This document shows, in pieces, positions 6,803 to 13,282 of a stretch of 13,282 nucleotides of DNA (positions within the stretch are counted from its first letter, which is position 1; every line of letters begins with the position of its first letter). Source of the stretch: an uncultured archaeon (GTDB lineage Archaea > Asgardarchaeota > Lokiarchaeia > Sigyniarchaeales > Promethearchaeaceae); contig CAYRPF010000033.1 in NCBI GenBank assembly GCA_964426185.1, positions 1 through 13,282 of the forward strand. Reading direction: 5' to 3'. A program made the translations under genes and the position numbers. The notes under the pieces were generated by a model. That model did not search any database. It was not told where the DNA came from and was given only the letters and a program-made list of their open reading frames with translations.

Positions 6803-8215
6803 CTATGTATATAAAGAATCAAGCAGCTCAAAAAAATTTGGGAATGATTTTTTCACGCAATCTGGATCTTGAATTTCCATCCCATCGATTCGCAGACCTG
6901 CTATGGAAAATCCCATGGCAATACGATGATCATTTTGAGGATCCACCAAAATTCCGTGATAGGATTCTTGAGGCTCAATTATAAGAAAAGAATCACTTAA
7001 AATCACTTTCGCACCGAGATTTGTCAGATAGCGATTCAATAAATCCAGACGATTGCTTTCTTTAAATTTCAAATGCCCGATATTGGTAAAACTTGAGGTC
7101 CCATCTGCAAATAAGGCAGCAATTGCCAATGGAATTACCAAATCGGGATAATTCCCCAAATCAACCGCGATGGACTGCAAGCTTCGATAATTATTACTTT
7201 CATTATTATTATTTATATTATTATTTTCTGTTGCGGGAAAGATCTTAATTTTATCGTTGTCAAATTCAAATTTACAGCCCATTTTCTGCAAACAGTCAAT
7301 TATATAACGATCTCCTTGTATCGAATTAGAAGTAATCCCATTTATTACAATTGACCCCCCACAAATTGCCGCGGCTACAAAAAAGAAAGAAGCTGCAGAA
7401 TAATCCCCTTCAACCGTGATATTTTGGGATAAATACGGGCCTTGAAAGGGTATTTGAGCAGTTATTATTCCATTTTGCATTTCTGAATTTATACTGGCCC
7501 CAAATTTCTGCATTAATTCAAGAGTCATTTTGATATAAGGAACCGAGTGATGTATACCCGCAGAATGAATAATTAGCCCTTCTTCCAATAATGGTGCAAT
7601 AAGTAAAAGCGAACTGAAATATTGGCTGCTCTCCTCAATAGAAATAGTAATTTCACCCCCTCTTAATCTTCCGTGAATTTTAACAGGAGGATATCCATCA
7701 TCTTCAATAAAGTCGACTTTCACTCCTTTTTGGCTCAAAACTTGACTTAATTCTCGTACGGGACGGAATTTCATACCTTTGGCGCATTGTAAAGTGATTG
7801 GTTGATCCAACAGGACAGAAATGGTCATGAAAAAACGATAGCCGGTGCCCGAATTACCTAAATATATCTCCTCCGGCGGCGAAGGAAATATCCCTTGACA
7901 ACCGTTAAGATAGGTTTCTCCATTCTCCTCCCAGATATCAACTCCTAATTGCTTTAAGGCATTGATTGTCAACTTAACATCTTCACATTGAGAGAGATTG
8001 TGAATTTTTGAAATACCTTTGGCCAATGCGGCTAAAATTAGCACACGATGGCTGATACTTTTCGATCCGGGAATAGATATACAGGTACTATGATTAATTC
8101 GGTTTATCTGGTCTATCTGGTTTATCTTCTTTATTCGCTTTTTCTGCTCCAATTTCTTAATTTTGCGGATGTTAACCACGCTGTTTTGTTCGACATCATT
8201 CATATTTGGATTCAT
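6803..8215 (-). CDS. aroA: 3-phosphoshikimate 1-carboxyvinyltransferase (EPSP synthase)
   Basis: Motifs PGSKSISHR, LGNSGT, RP, SSQYFSSLL, EGDYSAA, QGD, PDL, KESNRL, DHRIAM and CVKKSFPNF. There is a ~40-aa low-complexity N-terminal extension, so the exact start is uncertain. Confidence 0.96.
   Translation of the reverse strand: MNPNMNDVEQNSVVNIRKIKKLEQKKRIKKINQIDQINRINHSTCISIPGSKSISHRVLILAALAKGISKIHNLSQCEDVKLTINALKQLGVDIWEENGETYLNGCQGIFPSPPEEIYLGNSGTGYRFFMTISVLLDQPITLQCAKGMKFRPVRELSQVLSQKGVKVDFIEDDGYPPVKIHGRLRGGEITISIEESSQYFSSLLLIAPLLEEGLIIHSAGIHHSVPYIKMTLELMQKFGASINSEMQNGIITAQIPFQGPYLSQNITVEGDYSAASFFFVAAAICGGSIVINGITSNSIQGDRYIIDCLQKMGCKFEFDNDKIKIFPATENNNINNNNESNNYRSLQSIAVDLGNYPDLVIPLAIAALFADGTSSFTNIGHLKFKESNRLDLLNRYLTNLGAKVILSDSFLIIEPQESYHGILVDPQNDHRIAMGFSIAGLRIDGMEIQDPDCVKKSFPNFFELLDSLYT
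8101..8127. repeat. 3 x 9-bp in-frame tandem repeat in the aroA N-terminus
   Basis: GGTTTATCT GGTCTATCT GGTTTATCT, encoding INQ-IDQ-INR. Confidence 0.85.
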
Positions 8216-8235
8216 TTCCAGAAAAATACTACTCT

Positions 8236-8520
8236 TTAATTTTTGCTTATACTGCGAATTCGTTGCAAATCTTTCATTTCAATAATAATTCGGGCGAATA
8301 TATCATGTATAAATTCGGGATCTAAGCCATACTCTTGCGCTAACTCATGATATTTTTCAAAAAGGGCTTGTTCGCGCTCGGGATGAAAAATTGGAATATG
8401 TTCTTTTTGCTTGATTGAAACGATTTCTGGAACTAAGTTCAAGCGTTGCCGCAATAATTGGATAATTTTCTCATCTATTTCTTCAATTGAATCTCGAATT
8501 TGTTTTAAGGAAGAGGCCAT
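8236..8520 (-). CDS. aroQ: monofunctional chorismate mutase (AroQ / CM type II)
   Basis: 94 aa with pattern LxxxRxxIxxIDxxIxxLLxxR...K....PI..PERE. It ends 20 bp upstream of aroA on the same strand. Confidence 0.9.
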   Translation of the reverse strand: MASSLKQIRDSIEEIDEKIIQLLRQRLNLVPEIVSIKQKEHIPIFHPEREQALFEKYHELAQEYGLDPEFIHDIFARIIIEMKDLQRIRSISKN

Positions 8521-8547
8521 TTTCTACCGCCCAAAATATAATTAGAA

Positions 8548-8610
8548 ATTTGGTTATTTTTATGTTCTCATATTCCTATATATTTGGTTATATATTTGGT
8601 TATTTTTATG
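8548..8610. repeat. short direct repeats upstream of the aro cluster
   Basis: ATTTGGTTATTTTTATG at 8548-8564 and 8594-8610; tandem TATATATTTGGT at 8577-8588 and 8589-8600. Confidence 0.85.
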
Positions 8611-8621
8611 ATATCTATGGT

Positions 8622-8629
8622 TTTATAAA
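8622..8629 (-). promoter_or_regulatory. candidate TATA box for aroQ-aroA
   Basis: TTTATAAA on the minus strand about 100 nt upstream of the aroQ ATG. The region is AT-rich, so a chance match is possible. Confidence 0.3.
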
Positions 8630-8682
8630 GTGAACTGAAATTGATTATTCAGCCGCTTCACTACAAAATTTAAAAAGTAAGA

Positions 8683-8788
8683 TGGCGCCCTGATCGGGAC
8701 TCGGACCCGAGTCGAGGGAGTGACAGTCCCCCATGCTGACCGTTATGCTCAACTTTTTTATGGAAAAATTGAACTACACTATCAGGGC
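8683..8788 (-). tRNA. tRNA-Asp(GTC) with a 31-nt D-loop intron and encoded CCA
   Basis: Acceptor stem GCCCTGA/TCAGGGC, discriminator G, CCA. D-stem GTGT/GCAT. Anticodon arm GGGGA-CTGTCAC-TCCCT (GTC at 8724-8722). T-arm TCGGG-TCCGAGT-CCCGA. Removing 8773-8743 gives a normal 75-nt cloverleaf. Confidence 0.93.
8743..8773 (-). other. tRNA intron, predicted position 15/16, BHB-like motif
   Basis: GTGT-AG^T-TCAATTTTT...AAAAGTTGA-GCAT-AA^C. This gives a 4-bp central helix GTGT/GCAT, two 3-nt bulges and an intron hairpin. Confidence 0.8.
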
Positions 8789-8969
8789 TTTGATGAGAAT
8801 GGAAATAATCAATCACGAGTTTTGAGAGAATTTCCAAGATTTACAATTATTGTTTATATTAAAAATTTTTGGTGAGAACCGAGAACAAATAGAAGTACAT
8901 AGTACATTACTATTAGAAAAAGCATTTTCCCGAACAGAAATTCAATTGGCGGATGAATTTTTCACAATG

Positions 8970-8977
8970 TTTAAATA
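8970..8977 (+). promoter_or_regulatory. TATA box, probable leaderless transcript
   Basis: TTTAAATA ends 21 nt before the ATG at 8999, which is typical archaeal leaderless spacing. Confidence 0.55.
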
Positions 8978-8998
8978 AGTCAGCGAGATACAATTTTT

Positions 8999-10105
8999 AT
9001 GTCAACAAAAACCGAAGAAGATATAACCACATCGATTATGCATCAACCTGTTCCTTTTAATAGTTTTAATAGGCTCGGTGAAATCTTAAGAGGTTATGCA
9101 ATTTCATTATTTGTGCGCTTAGCCTTGGGCGTGAGTGTTACAATTTTGGTGAGTATTTCTTATTTTAGCCTCTTGATGAATTCTGAAAATTATCAATATT
9201 TCCTTATTATTATGGATAATTTTTCCATAATTTATTTTAGTTGTTCATTTGTAAACATATCAACCGGGGCTTGGGTTTTTTACCGTGAATTCGAGTTAAT
9301 ACGAGAAATCCAGTTAATACAAGAAAAGGAATTTTTGAATAATTTACCAGTAATCCAGCGGAATTTACTACAGCAAAAGGTGGTTAATTTTGGTAAAAGG
9401 TTGAAAATTGGAGGGATTCTACGATTATGTTTGATGGTAATTTTATTAATTGTCGGTTTTGCACCTTATATTTTAAGAAACGCTTCAATTTTTGAAAATA
9501 CAATGCTATCTCTTGCTGGAATATGGGGTATTTTGCTGGTTTTCTTCTTATTAGCAGCAGGAAGTCGGGTATTTAGTGGATTAGCTTGGATGGATTGGAA
9601 TTCTTGGGTAAATGCAGTATTATCGGCAATTTCTGGCAATCCTTTAAATGTTCCATCTCAGTCATTGGTAGCAACAACAACAACAACAGCATTGTCATCC
9701 TCATTACCGAATTCAGAAAAATTGATTTTTTTTAACCAAGTGAAATCTTATTTAAATACGATTAAAATAGGTTGGGCGGTATTTGGTTTAGGATTAATTG
9801 GAGTTTTTGGTGTTTTCTTTATTGTTCCTTTTATTTCTTCCATCGGTTATGGTATATATGCTGTAAATATATGGAAATTAAGCAGTTACCTTTGGAGAGA
9901 ATCAACTTCTTTGGTGTCGAATGAATCGAATGAGTTGAGTGAATCAAGCGAGTCGAATGGATCATATCAAGAAAATCGCGGAAGAATCAATTTAAGCGGG
10001 GATCTCTCAAATTCAACTGATGTTCAAAGATATTGTGTGAATTGCGGGGCGGAAATTCGTGAAGAACATAAATTCTGTCCTAACTGCGGCCATCCAATAG
10101 AATAG
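8999..10105 (+). CDS. multi-pass membrane protein with C-terminal zinc ribbon
   Basis: About 5-6 hydrophobic segments, a Ser/Glu/Asn-rich linker, and terminal YCVNCG-x8-FCPNCG. Confidence 0.85.
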   Translation: MSTKTEEDITTSIMHQPVPFNSFNRLGEILRGYAISLFVRLALGVSVTILVSISYFSLLMNSENYQYFLIIMDNFSIIYFSCSFVNISTGAWVFYREFELIREIQLIQEKEFLNNLPVIQRNLLQQKVVNFGKRLKIGGILRLCLMVILLIVGFAPYILRNASIFENTMLSLAGIWGILLVFFLLAAGSRVFSGLAWMDWNSWVNAVLSAISGNPLNVPSQSLVATTTTTALSSSLPNSEKLIFFNQVKSYLNTIKIGWAVFGLGLIGVFGVFFIVPFISSIGYGIYAVNIWKLSSYLWRESTSLVSNESNELSESSESNGSYQENRGRINLSGDLSNSTDVQRYCVNCGAEIREEHKFCPNCGHPIE

Positions 10106-10116
10106 AAAAAAAAAAA
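10106..10116 (-). terminator. putative oligo-T terminator of the SDR gene
   Basis: T11 on the minus strand 13 nt after the SDR stop, between convergent genes. Confidence 0.5.
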
Positions 10117-10129
10117 TTGAATCAATAAA

Positions 10130-11020
10130 TTAACGCAGTAGAAAGTCGATTAATTTGCGCATTTTTTTGATTTTCTTAAATTCTTCTTTGGAAAATGTAT
10201 CCTCTGCCCATTCTTTGACATCGGCCCAATTTTGATTCTCTTTGGGCAGTGAACGCGCGTAACCAATTATTTTTTCCACTTTGTCAACATTAACCAGCTG
10301 TCCAGTTAACTTTTTTCCAGTTTTCGTGGCAAAAAAGGCATAGTAGTCCACCAAATCTTCAGGCATCATAGGGTTCATAGAATTGATCAAATCTTCTTTC
10401 ATTCCACGCAACATTGGTGTGCGTACCATTCGTGGCATAATGAGATTTACGTTAATTTTCTGCGATTTTAATTCCAAGGCTAAACATTCGGTGAAACCAA
10501 GGAGACTGGATTTAGACATAGAATACACGGTCCAACCGGGTGCTGGCTGTCCTATGATGGTGCTTCCTGTGGATAAAATGGTCCCTCCGCCTTGAAAAAC
10601 CATATGAGATAACACCGCGTGAGATCCGTAAAGTGGTCCGAGCACGTTAGTTTTGATAATATTATCTAATATTTCGGGGGTGCATTTTGGGTGATTGAGT
10701 GGATATAGACGCGAAAATCCTGCGTTGTTTATCAAGATATCAATTTTTCCAAATTTTTCCATTGTTTTAGCAAAAGCTTGCTTTAAATCTTCATAATTTT
10801 GAACATTCAAGGGAATTGAAAGAGCACGACGCCCGATTTTTTCAATTTCAGCTTGAATTTGCAGTAATTTTTCTTCAGTAGTACCAACAAGAACAATATT
10901 GGCACCATATTTGGCAAAACCCTTGGCGAGAGCTGCCCCAATTCCCGATCCCGCTCCTGTAATAAAGGCAACTTTATCTTCTAACAGAAGTTCTTGATTA
11001 GAATTTTTTACATTTTCCAT
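10130..11020 (-). CDS. classical short-chain dehydrogenase/reductase (SDR)
   Basis: Motifs TGAGSGIG, DILINNAG and YSMSK (YxxxK), with a helical C-terminal extension of ~45 aa. The ATG at 11020 (MENVKN) is preferred over the TTG at 11065. Confidence 0.93.
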   Translation of the reverse strand: MENVKNSNQELLLEDKVAFITGAGSGIGAALAKGFAKYGANIVLVGTTEEKLLQIQAEIEKIGRRALSIPLNVQNYEDLKQAFAKTMEKFGKIDILINNAGFSRLYPLNHPKCTPEILDNIIKTNVLGPLYGSHAVLSHMVFQGGGTILSTGSTIIGQPAPGWTVYSMSKSSLLGFTECLALELKSQKINVNLIMPRMVRTPMLRGMKEDLINSMNPMMPEDLVDYYAFFATKTGKKLTGQLVNVDKVEKIIGYARSLPKENQNWADVKEWAEDTFSKEEFKKIKKMRKLIDFLLR

Positions 11021-11177
11021 TTTTAAATTCACATCTTTGAAATTGAAGTATCTTGTGGATAACAAATGGAATTTTAAATAAAAACATTAATATCCAATAT
11101 GGATTAATTTGGGTTAATAAGAGATTAAAGAAATTCGCATGAAAAATGTGGATTGCAAATAGGGATGAACAATATAT

Positions 11178-11813
11178 ATGAAAAAAACGATTAAATATCT
11201 CCGAGAAGCGATAGAAGGGGAGCATCAAGCGGTGGAAAAATACCAAAAATTTGCCACTGTAGCCTATGAAGAAGGTTTTCCAAAGGTGGCCTTGTTATTT
11301 AAAGCATTGGTAAATGCAGAAAAAGTTCATATAAAAAATCATCAAAATGCAGTTAAAGCAAATTCTGCTCCTCTTGATTCACATTCAGATTCCGATTTGT
11401 CTTCAATTCAGAAACACAGAGCAAAACAAGAAAATGCAACAAATCACGAACTTTCGATCGAAGCTCCCCATTCTACCGATTCAACAAAATTAAATCTGGA
11501 AAATGCCGTGGAATCGGAGATGTATGAATATCGCACCATGTATCCAAATCTCCTTAAGGCTGTTAAAAAAGAAAAAAAGACTATGAAATGGACACGGGAA
11601 GTTGAATTAACCCATGCGAAAGCCTTGAAATTGGCATTGAAGCAAATCGAGAAAGGTTCAGACCTACAAGTAGAATCAATCTGGGTTTGTCGTGTTTGCG
11701 GTAATCTGATTTTATCTAACACCAAAGATCCACCGAAAGAATTATGTCCCATTTGCAGGCATGATCCTCATTTCTTTAAGCAAATTTCAGAATCCCCGCC
11801 AAAAATTACATAA
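11178..11813 (+). CDS. rbr: rubrerythrin family protein
   Basis: Diiron motifs GEHQAVEKY, AEKVH, ESEMYEYRTMYP and VELTH, plus a C-terminal rubredoxin-like WVCRVCG...CPIC. Confidence 0.92.
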   Translation: MKKTIKYLREAIEGEHQAVEKYQKFATVAYEEGFPKVALLFKALVNAEKVHIKNHQNAVKANSAPLDSHSDSDLSSIQKHRAKQENATNHELSIEAPHSTDSTKLNLENAVESEMYEYRTMYPNLLKAVKKEKKTMKWTREVELTHAKALKLALKQIEKGSDLQVESIWVCRVCGNLILSNTKDPPKELCPICRHDPHFFKQISESPPKIT

Positions 11814-11829
11814 TCAGGAAAATTATACC

Positions 11830-11887
11830 CAACAGATTCATTGTCAACAGAAGCATTGTCAAGAATACTAAATCGATACTAAATCGA
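11830..11887. repeat. two adjacent short tandem duplications in a convergent intergenic region
   Basis: CAACAGATTCATTGT/CAACAGAAGCATTGT (11830-11859) and ATACTAAATCG x2 (11865-11886). Confidence 0.85.
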
Positions 11888-11919
11888 AGTTAACATAAGA
11901 AATAAAGTTGGGATAACTC

Positions 11920-13200
11920 TTAAATATCCAGCACCCATTCCCATAAAGGTTTAAATTTTACTTGGTTCCTATAGCCTTCCTTATTTTTTGTAATAATCAA
12001 TGCTTCGTATTTTTTATCTGGAAATTTCTTTTTAAATTCTTCAAAACCTTTAAATTCGCGTTGGGAAAGTTCTTCATCTGAATAAGAGACATTGATTAAT
12101 TTGACTCCATTCTTTGGTAATAAAACAACAAAATCAATTTCATTTTTGCTTTTCCAATAGAAAACTTCCTTATATTTTTTAACAAGATATAGAAAAACCA
12201 AATTTTCAGCCAATCTTCCTTCATCTTTTGAAAAACTGAATGCTACATTATTACGTAATCCATTATCAATGCAATAAACCTTTTTGGGATTAACTTGCTG
12301 TTGTTTTACAGAATAACTGAAATATGGTAATAAAAATATAAAATTTGTCTCAATTAAATAACCGACATATTCGATAAGAGTCTCCTTGCTGATTTTTATC
12401 TGTTGATGAAGTATGTTATAATACTTATTTATACTGAAAATATTCCCAATATTAGTAAGGAGGTATTTAATGATGTATTTCAATGCTAAGGTGTTTCTAA
12501 TGGAGTATCTTTCGACTAAATCACGGTAAACTATCATTTCGTAATATGTATGTAATATTTCTGATTTTAAATGTTCTGAAATAACAACTTCTGGAAAACC
12601 TCCTTCATATAGATATTCATCAAAGTATTTTTTCACTTGATATCTTTGATCACTATACTTTAAATTTCCTTTAAGTATTATATTATGAAAGTGGAGAAAT
12701 TCTTTAAAATTTAGAGGGTAGAACGTAATTGGGATTGTTCTACCACGAAGCTCTGTAGAAATCTCTTGAAATGAAATTTTAGAGGAAGAACCTGTTAAAT
12801 AGATTTTTACGTCTTCTTTATCATATAATCTTCTTATAAACAATTCCCAACGAGAAACAACTTGTATCTCATCGAAAAATAAATATTTCTGCACTTTTTT
12901 ATTGTTAGGATATAGACTGAAATATGCATCCAGAAATGAATTCATATCCAATAGTTTAATTGGAAATAATCTATCGTCTTCAAAATTAATATAAACTATC
13001 CTATCTTTAGTTATTCCTTGATTTAATAAATCTCTTATTTGTTGGTAAAGAAAATATGTTTTTCCTGAACGCCAAACGCCAATAATTGTGAGTATTTTAT
13101 CCGTTTTTGGAAGAACATAATCTCGCATATGTATTTTGGGAAGTTTTTGATTTTGAAATTCTAATATAATATATTTAAAGGCAGTTTCTTTTTCCATCAT
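11920..13200 (-). CDS. AAA+ ATP-binding protein (AAA_14 + DUF4143 type)
   Basis: Walker A GVWRSGKT, YINFEDDR, Walker B FFDEIQ, TGSSSK, LRGR, GGFPE; C-terminal KKVYCIDNGL, LAENLV and EIDFV. Confidence 0.92.
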   Translation of the reverse strand: MMEKETAFKYIILEFQNQKLPKIHMRDYVLPKTDKILTIIGVWRSGKTYFLYQQIRDLLNQGITKDRIVYINFEDDRLFPIKLLDMNSFLDAYFSLYPNNKKVQKYLFFDEIQVVSRWELFIRRLYDKEDVKIYLTGSSSKISFQEISTELRGRTIPITFYPLNFKEFLHFHNIILKGNLKYSDQRYQVKKYFDEYLYEGGFPEVVISEHLKSEILHTYYEMIVYRDLVERYSIRNTLALKYIIKYLLTNIGNIFSINKYYNILHQQIKISKETLIEYVGYLIETNFIFLLPYFSYSVKQQQVNPKKVYCIDNGLRNNVAFSFSKDEGRLAENLVFLYLVKKYKEVFYWKSKNEIDFVVLLPKNGVKLINVSYSDEELSQREFKGFEEFKKKFPDKKYEALIITKNKEGYRNQVKFKPLWEWVLDI

Positions 13201-13282
13201 ACGAATAATTGATTTAATACATTTAAATTTATTCCTTTATGAAAGACCATTTTTTCAATAATTATTATAATATAAAAGACCG

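Noticed and set aside
8548-8610. CRISPR mini-array
   Set aside because: The repeats are only 10-17 bp with irregular spacing, the intervening DNA itself contains the motif, and no cas genes are present.
8683-8730. tRNA-Asp as an integration site for an island
   Set aside because: I found no second copy of the tRNA 3' end and no integrase in the window.
1287-11752. Remaining short ORFs in the track (1287-1496, 5605-5859, 5807-6001, 6029-6220, 6781-6984, 8048-8239, 10383-10595, 10998-11246, 11444-11752)
   Set aside because: They overlap well-supported genes, mostly antisense, and have no recognisable motifs.

Overview
AT-rich archaeal chromosomal segment, most likely Asgard/Lokiarchaeia-like. 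This is inferred from a BHB-type tRNA intron, TATA boxes about 20-25 nt upstream of start codons, and a uDENN/longin-like TPR protein. Left to right: a 5'-truncated PAS hybrid histidine kinase; a 181-bp second copy of the aroC 3' end; an 844-aa uDENN/longin-like + TPR gene lying between the two aroC-end copies; a minus-strand shikimate cluster (chorismate mutase, aroA, and an in-frame type I dehydroquinase-chorismate synthase fusion that seems to need a non-canonical start); tRNA-Asp(GTC) with a 31-nt D-loop intron and an atypical T-loop; a membrane protein with a zinc ribbon; an SDR; a rubrerythrin; and an AAA_14/DUF4143 ATPase. The most notable items are the AroD-AroC fusion, the 2,909-bp repeat-bounded cassette in the aroC 3' end carrying a eukaryote-like domain protein, and the intron-containing tRNA. 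All family calls come from motif recognition by eye; no searches were run.
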